Source of the DNA: Lama guanicoe
Lineage: Eukaryota
Length of the DNA: 64,000 nt
Direction: 5' to 3'
Assembly (NCBI GenBank): GCA_013239625.1
Contig: MU053873.1
Span: forward strand, 2,122,524 to 2,186,523
In this document: positions 1-12,835 of the stretch, piece after piece
Position numbering within the stretch: the first letter of the stretch is position 1
Layout of the letters: the number at the start of each line of letters is the position of its first letter
Position numbers and translations under genes: made by a program
The notes under the pieces: generated by a model
The model's input: only the letters and a program-made list of their open reading frames with translations
Database searches by the model: none
What the model was told of the DNA's origin: nothing

Positions 1-94
1 GGTAAGCAGGGTAGTGTCCACTCCTGATGTGCTGAAATTAGTGGGACAAGAGGGCGTGGCTCGGCACACCGTGGACAGCTCCTACACTTGGACA

Positions 95-480
95 ATAGTG
101 GGCTTCCTGGAGGAAGTGACATATGAGATGAAATCTGGCAGCTGAGAAGCGGTTAAATAGGCAACAGGGTGGGGTGAGGTGAGAAGAAAAGAGCATTGCA
201 GGAAGGCGGAACAGCACGTGCAAAGGCCCCGAGGCAAGAAGGACTGAAGCCACGGGACTGGAGCAGGCGGATGAGAGGAAGAGGAGCAGCACCCGAGACA
301 GGAGAGGGCAGGACCCAGGCCCTGCGGGGATGAGGACATCAGAGACACCCTCCTGGCTTGTGTAGGGAATGGATGCCCGTGGTGGGGAGTGGTGGGGAGG
401 TGATGCAGAGAGAGCAGAGATGCTGCTGCTGGGGTTGTCCAGGTGGGAGATGAGGGTGTGCCAGCCTGGGCTGGTCACCG
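95..480 (-). mobile_element. L2 LINE fragment
   Basis: ggcttcctggaggaagtgacatatgag...ggaacagcacgtgcaaaggccccgaggc is the reverse complement of the typical L2 3' region; boundaries approximate. Confidence 0.65.
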
Positions 481-2299
481 CTGACTCACTGTGATGCCTC
501 GATCAGGCGACTTTTGGCTCCAGACTGTGGTCTCCGCACAGCCTCATGGTCAACACTCCCCAGAGCTGCCGTGAGGAGTAAAGAAGGTCACGTCCATGGT
601 GACATGGCGGGTGCTCGGACCCCTTTATTCCATCCTTCCTCCTCCTCTCTTTCTGACTCTGGACGTCGGAGTGTATTTCTGGGAGGAAGGGGCCTCGCAC
701 ATGTGCTACTGATCGGTGGCAACAGAAAGAGGGTGCTATGAGCCTTGGCTTTGGGACCGTGCCCTCACTGTGGGATGGGGTATGTCTCCCCACCACCCCG
801 TGCAAACTGATGAGTGCTGTCCACCGGAGCATGAGCTGTCTGTGTCCAACAGGGGACAGGAGACTCCTGACTGTGGGGCTCTTTCTCTCCCTCCCATGCC
901 AGGGTGTCATGCAAACGGGACTTTCTGGAGGCCCACTCTCACCCTCAACCCCCTCCATCATGCCACTGCCACTGAGATCTTGTCTCAAATTCTTCCTTCA
1001 TTAGGTTTATCAGTCCACAATCCAGAGGGCTCTGCCAGAGAGACCTTGGAGTTCTGCAGCTTTCACTTTCAATGGAAAACACCCCAGTGGGTAGGAGAAT
1101 TCAGTCATTCACACCTTGGTATGAACTAGGTTAGAGACGGGAATGTGCTAAATGCTAAAGGCAAGTGGCCAGGTTAGTGGCCTGATCAGACAATTGAAAG
1201 GGGCTGCCCCCTGCTAGGCTGGAGGGCAGAGGGATGCTATAGGCAGGGGAGAGGGGTTGGGAGAACCAGGGACCCTACTCTCTTCCTCTACACTTCCCTG
1301 TCTCACTTTTTATAATTTGCGAGCTGGGCTATGCAACCCTAAGGGCTTGGCACCTTGGTGCTCCAAATGGGATTTCTCTGGTCCCCAGCACCAAGCGCGG
1401 TGCCTGGCATGTAGCAAGCACCACATAAGTATCAGACTAACAGATAGATGGACAGATGGATGGACAGACAGGTGGACAAACGGCTGACTGAATGAACAAG
1501 TCAGTGGCTGGATGAGCCGCAGCACCAGGACATCACTGATCAGACCCTGGTGAAACCTGTTTGGGCTGATGGTTTTCATCCCAGAGCCCAGCGCCAGGCT
1601 GCTTGTGTTCCAAGCCTGTGACAACCCACAGTTGCTGTGTGCCCAGCACAGTTGGAATTATTGCACCAACCCTGAGCACAACCCTCATTTTATGGGAGAG
1701 GACAAGGAAGCTGGGAGACAGGAGGCCACACAGTGAGGAGGAGGCAAAGCCAGGATCTGAACCCACGCCCCTGACCCCTGTGTTCTTCCTGGACAACCTT
1801 GGTGGGGACACCCCTAGGTCCGTAAAGAAAGGCCTCATCTCTAAGTCTTCCCTTCCTGGGATGCAGGAAGGCCGCGGCTGGAGACAGCTGGGACGTGATG
1901 CAGCTTCCAGACTGATGAGCAGAGTTATCAGATCTTCACGGTGCTAATAACCGTCCCAGCACATGGAGCAGGCCCAGAAGATGGATGGTGTCTCCGGCCT
2001 CCCTACCACACCCAGTCCTGTCTCCGACCTTCCTTGGGGAATGTGACCCTTGAGAGGAGGCCAGCTCTGGCTCCTCCGCCAGATCTGCAGAGGGCATGCT
2101 GGGGCCAGGGCACACCGACCTCAGCCAAGCATCCTCCCCATGGTGTAGTGGAGGACACTGAATCCAGGCTAAATTGGAAGGGTTCTCACCTGAGGATGAG
2201 AACCAGCTCAGAGTCAGCTTCATTCACAGCAGTCAACCTAGGGCCTCGCATTTAAATAAAACAGCAACAATGAGAAAAATCTACTGATAGCAAAGACCT

Positions 2300-2470
2300 T
2301 GACCATAAACTCCGACACTTGGTGCCTTGTGTGATCATCGGGCAACCTTGTGCTGTTGGCGCTGTTCCCATTTTACAGATGTGAAAGCTGAGGCTCAGCT
2401 CCATAAGTAATTTGCTCGAGGACACAAGATTGCAAGAAGTGGGGACTGCATTTGAACCCACCCCAGCTGA
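2300..2470 (-). mobile_element. MIR SINE fragment
   Basis: MIR core cccattttacagatgtgaaagctgaggctcag followed by tttgaaccca (reverse B-box). Confidence 0.75.
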
Positions 2471-2599
2471 GCCCAGGCCCTTGTGTTTTCATTTTCCATA
2501 CAAGCTGCTTCTCTCCTAGTGGGTTGATCTCTACTGACCTCTTTGACCTTGAACTCTGTGCTAAAAGTGGAGCTCGGTGTGTACATGGTGGGGTGAATA

Positions 2600-2961
2600 C
2601 AGTTGGCCCTCCATATTCACAGGCTACAGATTCAGAATCCATCTACAGATTCAACCCTCCTCAGACCAAAAGTATTTGGGAAAGAAAAAAATTCCAGAAA
2701 GTTCCAAAAGGCCAAACTTGAGTTTGCCAAGTGCTGGCAACTATTTACATAGCCTTTACATCGTCTTTACAATGATTTTCACTGCGTGTACATTGTATTA
2801 GGTATTATAAGTGACCTCGAGATGATTTAAGTGGACAGCGGGGTATGCACAGGTTATATGCAAACACTATGCTGTTTTATATAAGGCTCTTGAGCACCCG
2901 GGGATTTTTGTATCTGCAGGGGTCCTGGAACCAAGGCCCCGAGGGTACTGAGGGCTCACTG
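2600..2961 (-). mobile_element. MER2/MER2B-like TcMar-Tigger non-autonomous DNA transposon, full length
   Basis: Imperfect terminal inverted repeats cagttggccctccatattc / gggtactgagggctcactg, TA on both flanks (2598-2599, 2962-2963), internal cattgtattaggtattataagtgacctcgagatgatttaa and ggggtcctggaacc typical of MER2. Confidence 0.85.
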
Positions 2962-5084
2962 TACTTCTAGTTAAAAATAATATGGTTTGTGACCACCCAC
3001 TGAGCACTCACCCTGAGCCTGGCATTACCAGCGTGATCTGAGTCTGAGAGCCAAGTCTCACTGTCCCCAAATCGCAGGCGAGGGAACCGAGGCCGAGGCT
3101 GCTCCTCTCGTGAGGACAGGCTTGGCCCCACTCGGCCTCCCAGAGGAGCGATCTCCCGTTTCTCCCCGCGTTCATTACAGTTTTGCTCCTGGTGTGTGTG
3201 GGCAGATCCAGGCTCGGGGCCCCCTGGGGGAGACCAGACCCAGCCGTTCTCCAGGGGGCCTCTCTCTCCACGGCCCGGCTGGGGTTCCGGAAGCCGGCAG
3301 GCAGATGTTTGGTGTCCACAGAGCAGGCCCCAGCTGTGGCCCTGGATGCCGAGGGCCTCCTTGGCTGACCCCGTGGGACTGGGAGGGGCACTCTCTGTGA
3401 CGGGGTTCAGCCCGAGGTCGGGGAGGGGGGAGGCCGGGAAAGCACTTGTGCAGGGGTGTGGGTTTGCAGGAACCTTCTGGATCCTTCTCCCAGGGATGGG
3501 GAGATCCCCAAGACCCCCGCGCTTCAGTCTTCCAACACCCACGCGTGTTGGGGTCACTCTGGGGCTGGCTTCCTTGGGCCAAGCAGAAGGTCCCAGCTGG
3601 CTGGCTGTGTGACTGGGGAAGGTCACTCACCCTCTCTGGGCCTCAGTCACCTCATCTGTCAGGGAGCTCTGGCCAGCTGGATCATCTGTCTCCCACAGCT
3701 CGTCCTGCCCCAGGGTCCTGGACGCACACCCAGGAGGACAGCCAGCCCCTTACTCCGCCTTCCCCAGACGCGCCAGCCTGCGGACCTGAGAAGGGTGCTT
3801 CCCCTCCCTGTGCCAGCGCGTCGCACCCGTGAAGTGGGTTTGCTCATAGTGCCTGCCTCGGGGGTTATGCAAAGCTCACAGCAGGACCCTTGGCACATGG
3901 TCTACACTGAATAAATGGGAAATGCAGCCTGATGGGGAAGCCCGCCCCCGAGGGTGTTCAACAGGGGTGGCTGGGTGTGAGACCAGGTCCCAGCTGTGCT
4001 GGGTTCCAGCCAGGTGGCCTCAGTTTCTCCTCTGTGGAGTGGGGCCACAGTAACTCCTGGCTTCTGTGAGGTTATAGAAACAGGGCAGAACAGCAGGGCA
4101 GGGGTCCTGAAGCCCCCTCCCTTCCACTTCCCTCCTCCTCCCCCTCCCTCTTCTCTGCCCCCTTTCTTCTCCCCATCCCCCCTCCCCACTCGAGCCCAGA
4201 CCCCTGGGGAAAATGGAGAGGGGACGTCAGCAGTGTCCTGCTCCTGCTGGGGGGGGAGGGCGCTGCCCAATGCAGGGGGCTTCTGAGGACAGGAGCCTCA
4301 GTGACCTCCCCACCCCTGCAACCCACACGAGCTCCCTGGGTTGTCTTGGTCCAGGTTGGAGGGGAGTGCGAGGGACGGCCCCTGTCCCCTCCCCACTGCC
4401 CTTTCTAACAGGCAGAGACCTCTCACCACGGGTGGCTGATTCACCTGTACGGCAGGCAGGGGAGTCACGGAAGTTCCAGGTCCGCCTTAGACCTGTCGCT
4501 TCACCTCTCTGGACTTCTGTTTTCCCACCTGAGAAATGGGGGTAGTGAAATTTGCCTTTGGGAGGGCTGTTGTTACGAGTGAATGAGACAAAGTTGATTC
4601 TGGGAGGTTCTCAGGGATCCCAGGCCTCTAGCTGGGGCCCAGAGCTTCGATCAGCATAGAGGGGCATCAGAGGTGGTGGCAGTGCTGAGGGTGACCTCGT
4701 GGGGGTCCGGGTGCCGGGGGTGACAGCCTTTTCGTCTCTAAAGCCTTCTTCTGCCCAAAGCCTCTAAATGACATGCCTATTGGGGCCGACTTTAAGTTTC
4801 CCAAAGTCGAAGCCCCTCTCATTACCCTGCAGACTGAAGAGCCAGGACCACCACGCAGCCCCGGCCCCCGTGGGGGGCGGTCTTGGAGCCGGCTGGCGCT
4901 CTTCTCCTGGGGGAGAGGTGGGGGTGGCATGTGTCAGGCCTGCTGCGAGTTGTGGGTGACAGCATCCACTGCCCTGCCCTCCAGTTGGGGGCTGGTTTAT
5001 AGGATTTGAAATCACCCACTCTCAAACGCCAGTGTGCCCAGGAATCCCCCAGAGAGTGGATTACAGTTCTGGTTGTGAGTCAGC

Positions 5085-5245
5085 AGACCGGGCTCTCGGG
5101 TTGGCAGGGCCCAGCGCAAAACGACGGACGGCATGCGATCCTTGTTCTCAAATTGTTTAAAAGAATCTCACGATGTCGAGAGCAGAACATTTAACTCAGC
5201 CAGGGCCCCGTGGGCCTGCACAGGTGCCATGCCCACGATTTCCAG
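5085..5245. mobile_element. MER45A-like hAT-Tip100 MITE (diverged)
   Basis: cagggcccagcgcaaaacg...ccttgttctcaaattgtttaaaagaatctcacgatgtcgagagcagaacatttaa...ctgcacaggtgccatgcccacg; similar to the clearer copy at 54447-54614. Confidence 0.6.
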
Positions 5246-5859
5246 CAAGACCCAGGTGAGGCTGCTGATCCTGGTCCCGGGTCACCCTGGGAGGAGCCGG
5301 TCTGGGGTTTCAACGACAGCCCCAGAAGTACTCAAAGTACTCAGCTGGCGTCGCTTCTGGTCCTCTGCGGTGCGCTGTGAACTCAGACCCCCAGTGTGGC
5401 CTCTCCGGGCCTCAGTCTCCCCAACTGGAAAGTGAGGGGCTCAGACGGGAGAGCCTCCAAGCTTCCCCTCCGGCACCCTGTTCCCCCATGAAGCCCCCAG
5501 ATTCCAGGCTAGGATCAAATTACCAAAGTCACCTCATTCACCCTGCCTGGCTGGAAGTGATTTGGAAACAAAGCCCTCGTTCCCTCCCAGCCTACCCATT
5601 TCCCGCCTTCCCGAGCCCACCACCATGCCTGCAATTTCCTCGCCAAGCCAATGTCTCAGAATAAATAAATGGCGAAACCCTGGCAAGCAAATAAACAAGC
5701 ACATCCCCGCCACACCCCAGCCAGTCCCTCCTTGCTCCAGCGGCTCTCAGAACAAGCGTCCTGGTGACAATGTCAAGACATCAGGGGCCCTGCCAGAGGA
5801 GGAGAGGGGGCTGGGGGCCTGGGGGTGCTGGAGAGGCCACTTGGAATAAGACAGAGGTC

Positions 5860-6630
5860 AGACCCCCGAGAAAGGACAGCCGACTTTAATCCCATAATGG
5901 AAGTCAGGGAGGATTCTGCCTTCGAAGGCTCCCAGCGGACTTTTGTCGTGGAGGCAGCACGCACTGTACACGGATAAAGTGGCTTTTAGAACTATTAGAA
6001 AGTGGGTGTGCTGGGAATGGGGAGGAGGGGGTGCCCAGGATGGGAAAATTAAAATTCCGCTCCTGCCGAAGGTTTCTGGGCTCCAGCTCGCCGCGCAAGC
6101 ATCGATCTGTTCCAGCACTTGACTTTCAACCATGACAAAACTGTGGGCAAATTAATTGTTCACCAGGATATTAAGCATCAGACTCCATTAATCCTTTCTG
6201 AGCGAGATGCTTGCTGAATACTAATCGGGAGGGTTCCGGGCTGCCAGGGGTGTTTTTTCCTGCCCACCGAGGCCCCACCAGGTCCCGCCTTTCTCTGTCT
6301 CCCCTGGGTGTGGGTGCCAAGGGGTGAGCCCCCTCTCTTTCCCCCCGAACTACCTTTATTTCCCTTTGTGGCGGAGGTCAGAGCGGGGACAGGTGGGCCC
6401 AACCTGAACCGCCCCTCCCTCGCCTGGGCGTCTGCTTCCAGGGAAGCGGGGGGACCGGTAGCAAGATTGTTTTATGCAAATTCCAATATCTGTATGCAGG
6501 CACAGCGGTGAGGATGAACACAAGAAATAATTACCAAATTATGCACGTTGAGTTGGTTTTCCTGAATCCCGAGCCCTTTATAAAGAGAAAGCGAAAACAC
6601 AGACACATGAATGTATAAAATGGACAAACA
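5860..6630. promoter_or_regulatory. Candidate enhancer/CNE: homeodomain- and octamer-rich unique segment
   Basis: No repeat signature; TAATCC, AATTAATT and ATTAATCC motifs and ATGCAAAT at 6474-6481; conservation untested. Confidence 0.35.
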
Positions 6631-7424
6631 GCCCGTGGCGCTGGTCACCCGAGGTGAGGTGGGCTGCTGCTCTGACTGAGGGTCTCCCTGTGGACTTGGA
6701 GGGGGAGTCCAGGGCAGGAGTCAAGGGGTCCGGGCTCTAGGCTGCCACCCAATGGCAAGGAGCCTTTGAGTAAGTCACTTCCCTTCCTGGGGCCTCAGTT
6801 TCCCCATCTGCAGAAGGGGAGTAAGGCAAGGGATCTGCCAGTGCTGTGTCTTGCCATGTGGGTGGAAGTGTGATGGGGGGACACACGGAGATCTAGGTGG
6901 GGCTGACCAGCCTTGCACGGCAGGGCTCTGTGGGGACAGGGAGGACCCTGGGGACATCCCCTTGCCCTGCAGTTTCCCTTGGCTTGTTGTCAATGGCAAT
7001 AGCCTTCTTATTCCAATAAAGTTTCATGCTGTCAGCTCATCTCAGGTTTAAAATTGTTGTCCCATTTTAATGACTGCTGCTCAGAGACGGAGAGGCACCA
7101 AGTCAAAAATCACGTCCTGTAGGAGACAGAAGGACGAGATGACATGTCTGTATGCCCATCCTGGGACAGTTCTACACCCTTCCCACCCTGAGCTGCCTCT
7201 CCTGGTTAGCTGCGGCTGCTGCTACTTGCTTCCCTCCCACGTGGAGAGATCAGTACTGCACCGAGCAGGGTGAAGTTCTTGCCTCCTACTGTCTCAGCTC
7301 TTTCTGGGGCATCCTGAACACAGAGGATTCACCTGGGGTCAGACCCCAGTTTAGAGACTCCCAGATCGAATCACGAAAGGAAGCTAGAATCAGCTCCACC
7401 TCTGTGGCCACCGTCACCCCCAAA

Positions 7425-7635
7425 CCTCGTGGAGCACTTTGTGTGAAGCACTTTCCGTGCATCATCCCACAGGCCTCTCACAACCACTCCATAAGGAGGT
7501 CCTATCATGATCCTGTTTTCTGGAGAAGGAAACTGAGGCTCAGAGAGGCCAAGCCACTTGCTCAAGATCACACAGCAAGTCAGTGACAGTGCTGGGGTTC
7601 AAATCTGCATCTGATTGACTTCAGAGCCCACTAAC
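7425..7635 (-). mobile_element. MIR SINE, near full length
   Basis: gaaggaaactgaggctcagagaggccaagccacttgctcaagatcacacagcaagtcagtgacagtgctggggttcaaatc. Confidence 0.85.
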
Positions 7636-7799
7636 TATACTATAGATGTAGCTTATCTCCAGTGCCTCTTTCCCCCTGCCCTGGGGGGTGGGGAGGCTTT
7701 CCTCGCCTCCGAACTCCCAGCGGCTCCACCACACCCCATCTCTCCCACGAAGCCTTCTCTGACTGCAGTGGGCACAAAGAAAAGCCTGCCAACTACTTG

Positions 7800-7940
7800 C
7801 TGACTGCACGGATATTTATGCCTGTGCAAACACCGCACAAGGCTTCTGCATGATTTGGAGCTAAATGCAGTGTGACTTAATTAATGCACACGTAACATGC
7901 GAGAATATTACACCTATTAGAACTCACAATTAACACTCTA
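7800..7940. promoter_or_regulatory. Candidate enhancer/CNE
   Basis: AT-rich unique island with ttaattaatgca and caattaa motifs; conservation untested. Confidence 0.3.
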
Positions 7941-8075
7941 GGGCCAGTGCTGCCACCATGTCCCATGACAAAGGCTCTGAAATCACCCCTGTGCTGAAAT
8001 CAAGACCTCAGCAATACGCATCTCCCTACCCACGCTCTGTCCACTTGGCCTCTCGGCTTGGGTTTCCTCTCATCC

Positions 8076-8262
8076 TTTTTTATTTATTTTGGTTTTATTT
8101 GTTATTTTACTTTTTCAGCTTTATTGAGATATCATTGACACATAACATTGTGTAAGTTTAAGGGGTACAACATAATGATTTGATGTATGTATGTACTGCA
8201 AAATGATTACCACCATCAATTCAGTTAACGCATCCACCCTCACACAGTTCCAAACTTTTTCT
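8076..8262 (-). mobile_element. L1 3' end (L1MA9-like)
   Basis: T-rich tail then cagctttattgagatatcattgacacataacattgtgtaagtttaaggggtacaacataatgatttga. Confidence 0.8.
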
Positions 8263-8989
8263 TGCATTCCCTTCCCTTTTTCTTTTTTAACTTTTCTGTA
8301 TTGACTCTCCCAGCTTAGGCAATTTGGAGTCATTACATATTAAAAATTATTACGTATAAAACTTTACGTTATACGTTATATTACATATTTTAAAATTCTG
8401 ATTTGGAGGCATTTTGTGCATCAGAGTTTCTAAGCTGCCAGGGGTAATAGGTCATCAAATATTTTTAATTTCTTGCTTTCCCAAACCTGAAGAGACTAAT
8501 TTTTTTCTTGTTTGATTGTTTATAAGAAAGAAAAAAGTCACCTCTTCCAGGGAGCACCCCCTGATTGTTTCAGCCCTTTTGGACACTTTTCTTCACTGAT
8601 ATCTTCCAACATTTAAGATGTTATAGGCTCCATGAGGGCAGGGACCCCATCTGTCCTCCCTTCACCCCCCCCAACCCCACGATATCCCAGAGGGCCTCAG
8701 CTCTCCCAGTTGTGAAATGTGGTCCAGAAAACTTTTCTACCTGTTCTTTGGGGTTGCAGGGAAGAAGGAGCAAGATGTGGGCATTATGCAAATCTGCAGC
8801 TGAGTGTGATGCAGTGTCTTCTCTGTATATCCATCTTTCCATCTGTCAAATGGGCATGCCAACACCTTCCTCGAAAGCTTGGCCTGAGTGTCGAAGGATC
8901 TGTCATCACACATAAAGAGCTGAGCCTGGTGCCCAGTGCTGGGGTAAATGACCTCATGCCTGCAGTATCGCACAAGTTAAGCATCCTCT

Positions 8990-9300
8990 ACCCCTTCCCA
9001 AAGTATTTGTTGAGCATCGACTTTGGGCGAGGGCTATTTTGGAGGTTAAGGTAGAGTCGCTCCCTTGCTTCAGGAGATTTCCAGTCTATTTGGGGTTGAT
9101 GGACACTAAATCCACAAATAAACAAATACATGGATGATCCTGGCTCACTGTATAGGTTAGAAAGAAATATCTGATGACAAGGTCACAGTGATGAGTACGG
9201 TCTCTTTCTTGGGCTGGTCAGGGAGGGCTTCCTGGAGGAGGTGCCCTTTGAGCAAAGGTCCAGAGAAGGGGAAGGAGTTGACAAGTGACAAGGAGGATGA
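8990..9300 (-). mobile_element. L2 LINE 3' fragment
   Basis: aagtatttgttgagcatc ... gggctggtcagggagggcttcctggaggaggtgccctttgagc. Confidence 0.65.
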
Positions 9301-9479
9301 ACAGACTCAGGAGGTAGATGCCCTGCCATATCCTGCCCTCCCAACCCCCGTGAGCTGTCCAGATGGCCGCAGGAGCACGTTGGGTCTGAATGTAGGGCAG
9401 GAGAGTAGTGTGGGGAGGGACAGCCTCCCCTGGGGGGAAGCAGCCCTCACTTGAAGGCAGAGGAGGGCTGGGGTGCAAA

Positions 9480-9730
9480 CCCCCCACCTTCCTGGCCCAT
9501 TGGGTGGATGACCTGAGATGCGTGATCTACGCAGTCTCCCAGAGGCCCCAGCACACCTGAGCCCCAGGTGCCCTAAGTGGAAACCTCATTTATGCAGCCT
9601 GACTTGGCTGCCATCCCTTCGTGCCTTCCCAGTCTCATTACCCCCGTCCTCTGTGGGTGCTTCTCAGGATCTACTTCCAGATAAATTAGCCCTGGAGTGG
9701 TTAGTGCAGGGTCTGTGGCTGAAGCCTCCC
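9480..9730 (+). mobile_element. Old ERVL-type LTR fragment (LTR16/LTR33-like)
   Basis: ttggctgccatcccttcgtgccttcccagtctcattacccccgtcctctgtgggtgcttctcaggatctacttccagataaatt resembles the 3' part of LTR16-family LTRs. Confidence 0.4.
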
Positions 9731-9899
9731 ATGCAAAGATCCTCAGGGGTCAGGGGGTGGCAAATGGCTCTGGGCCTCCAGCTCGGGGTACCCCTAGAAC
9801 CCTCCTGAGACCCTCCCCTCCGTGGTCCCCTGGACCTTCCTGCCCAGGCCGGGGGCGGGATTAGGAGGGTCCCCAGAGCGGCAAGTCAGATCCCTCCCC

Positions 9900-10330
9900 A
9901 GACACTGTTTCCAAAAAGGATTAAATAAATACGTCCAGTGGGAGGGGGAGCCCCGGCTTTCACTGCCCGCTGGCGGGAAATTAAATAATGTTCATTTCTG
10001 CCGCTGTGAGCCGGAACACGGCTGGCCGAGCCGCAGGGCCCGGCCAGGAGGCAGCCGCGATTGGCAGCTCGTGGCAAGCCCTAAATCAGAGGAGCCGATG
10101 AAATTTCTAATAGCGGGAGCACGACTGGCATCGGCGTATAAATAAAGCTCCCCTCTTGAAAGGCAGCTTATTCCAGCCTTGCCGCCAAGGATATTAAGCC
10201 CGGAGGACTGGCGGCTGCGGCCAGGCTGGACCCAGGCCAGAAGCCAGCTGGGCTGGGGAGGCATGAGTCCTTCCCCGGCGCAGGTTCCGCTGCCCCCGCA
10301 GCATCGCCTGGGCTGGAGCCCCTGGGCGTG
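9900..10330. promoter_or_regulatory. Candidate enhancer: CpG-retaining unique segment with homeodomain/forkhead-like motifs
   Basis: ggattaaataaata, aaattaaataatg, ctaaatca, tataaataaa interspersed with many CpGs; conservation untested. Confidence 0.35.
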
Positions 10331-10744
10331 CCCAGCCCTGAGCCGGGTGGGTGCACGTTTCCAACGTGAGGGTGTTAATTTGCAGGGCAGGTTTGATCAT
10401 TCCCATTGCCCAGGTGAGCAAACTAAAGCTCAGAGGAATCAGGTGTCCTGCCCAAAGTCACACAGCTAATAAAGGGTCGGTCCCTTTGTGTGGGTTGGTG
10501 GGAGAGAGGGAGGGATTCAAAGCCACAGCTCCTCACAGCTGTAAAACGGGCCCAAACCACCCTGCCCGGGATCTGAAGCCCTGCCCAGGCTGGCCTTGCC
10601 CCACCTCTCTGTTCTGCACTCAGGCTGCTCCCTGCAGGGTTAAGCCAGCCCCATCCCTGCTCCCGGGGAGCCACAGTCCCGTGGGGTTGGGGCAGACCTG
10701 TCTACTGATAACCTTCGTGGTCTCTTCAGATTGGCTCCAGTCTA

Positions 10745-10960
10745 CTGAGTGATTGAGTCCATGGAGTCTGGAACCAGACTGCCAGGGACTGAATCCTGTC
10801 CCCACCACACTGGCTCTGTGGTCTTGGGCAAGCTACCTAAACTCTCTGGGCTTCCTTATTTGTAGAATGGGGATAATGGTTGATGTGAGAATTGAATAAG
10901 ATGATTCATGTGGAAGGCTTGGCACAGGTCTGGCGTGAGTGCCTCATAAACATGTACTTT
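10745..10960 (+). mobile_element. MIR SINE, near full length
   Basis: ggagtctggaaccagactgccagggactgaatcctgtc...ctgtggtcttgggcaagctacctaaactctctgggc...gtagaatggggataatggttgatgtgagaattgaataaga. Confidence 0.85.
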
Positions 10961-10964
10961 CATT

Positions 10965-11146
10965 TCTCACCATTTATCCACCCCCTGTCCATCCATCCAC
11001 CCACTCATCCACCCCTCCGTTCATCCACCCACCTATCTATGCATCCATCTACCCATCTATCCACTATCCATCTGTCCAACCACCCATCCATCCATCTTTT
11101 ATCAATCTACCCATCCATCCACCTTTTCATCCATCTACCCATCCAT
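10965..11146 (+). repeat. Degenerate (CCAT)n simple repeat at the tail of a minus-strand L2
   Basis: ccatccatccacccactcatccac... continuing into L2-like sequence to ~11480. Confidence 0.85.
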
Positions 11147-12539
11147 TTGCTGCTGTAGCCAAAGTGCCCAGCACATAATTGACGCTGTATACAATTTAAT
11201 TTCCTATAGTTAGACATGTCACTGTGTCGCCAGGTACTGCGGGCACTGGCAGGTACAGGAGAAGCATGGCAAGTGGAGGTCCCTGCCCTCACGGACACTC
11301 TGGTCTAGAAGGGCTCAGGAAGATATTGAACAAGTCTTCACAGAAATAATCGTTGTCAAAGAGGGGGTGTTCAGGGCTATGCGCGTACAACCGGAGGCCC
11401 CTGGTCCACTGCGGTTCAGAGAGGACTTCCCGTAGAAGGAGTCACCTTTCCTAGGGCCTGAGTGTGAGAGGAAGGGCCTTCCAGGCAGGGGCCCAAGCCA
11501 GGCTGATCCTGGGTTTGCTGCATTCCAGCCGCTGCGTTCCTCCCAGGACGAAGGGCTCACGCCAGCTGGGGGATGTTCAGTCCACCGGCCGAGTAGGGTG
11601 CATGTCTCAGCTCAGCAAATTCTCCCAAGAGCCCCAGGAAGGAGGAACATGGGTCTGCTTAACAGAGGAGGGAGCTGGGACTCCGTGGGTTCAACACAGC
11701 TGTCAGAGAAGGAGCTGGGTTCAGACCAGGAGCACATGCTGGAATCTGGGCTCAGCCTGCCCTGCCTGGGCCATCCTGCCTGGGGAGGAGGTGGGCCGAT
11801 GGCAGCGGGTGGACGGTGGCAGTGGCACCAAAGAGGGGGCAGGAGCGAGCAGAGCTTCCCCCTCTGTCCTTCTTGGGCAGAGAGTGTCCGCTCAGGCCTG
11901 GCCACTGCCGGGACAGATGCTCTGGTCCCTCTCCCCTTCTTTGTCCTTCCCCTATTGTCTCTGGATTCTGGTTCCATTTCACAATCTGACTTCACACGGC
12001 TCGGCCCTTTTGTGCAAACTGCAAAGCCCTTTTCTTTGTGATTATAATTTTTTTTTTTTTTGAATCCAAAATCTCTTGACAGGAAAATCGGTGCTTGAGG
12101 TTGGAGAAGTCGGTTTCCTTCTCCATGCGAAAGCCATTACGGGGCTGTCCAGGACAGAGCCCACGCATGTGTGCGCACAGACGGTCCAACTCCCTTCCCT
12201 GCACCCTGGAAAAGTGTGTCCAGCTGTCAGCCTGGAGCCGGCCCGGCCGGAGGTAATGCAAACCAGGCCGCTGGGAAGCACATTCTTTAATCAGGACTCA
12301 GGTCCCCCCGGCCCTAGTCCTGCTCCTATCAGGTGCCTGCTCCTTCCTTCGGGGTGGGGGCTCCTTCATGGCTGGAGAAACAGCCCAGGCGGGGGCCTGG
12401 GGGGTCCTGGGGGCGGGAGGGATGTGGGGGAAGCTTCTTGGCTGGTCCAGGCCCCTCCCAGTTGGCGCGGCCGTGGAGCTAGGGCTGGGGGGTTGGCAGA
12501 GCCGTGCTGATGCAGGTGAGGGTGAGGGGCAGAGGGCAT

Positions 12540-12835
12540 CCTCTGAAGGTGAGTGTGGGGAGGGGTGCAGGGGAGAAGAGAGGGGGTCTCGGGAGGAAAA
12601 GGGAGGACAGGGAGAGAAGGGAGGCTGAGGCAGGGACAGTGACATGGGAAGGGAAGTGGAGAATGGAGAAAGGAAGGCGGGGGTGGGGGTGCCAAGGAGA
12701 GAAAGAGAAATGGAGGAGACAGGGAGAGATCCAGGAGGAGAAGTCAAGGATTAAATGAGGACGTGAAGACACACGGAGAGACATAAACAGAGAGAGAAGA
12801 GCAAGTAAGGGCGAGAGGCAGGAAAAGCAAAAAAC
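12540..12835 (+). repeat. Purine-rich (GA) low-complexity tract
   Basis: Strongly A/G-biased on the + strand. Confidence 0.7.

Noticed and set aside
2967..3914. Cluster of overlapping 120-219 aa ORFs on both strands
   Set aside because: Pro/Gly/Ser/Arg-rich translations typical of GC-rich non-coding DNA, open in many frames at once, overlapping MIR fragments, with no recognisable domain.
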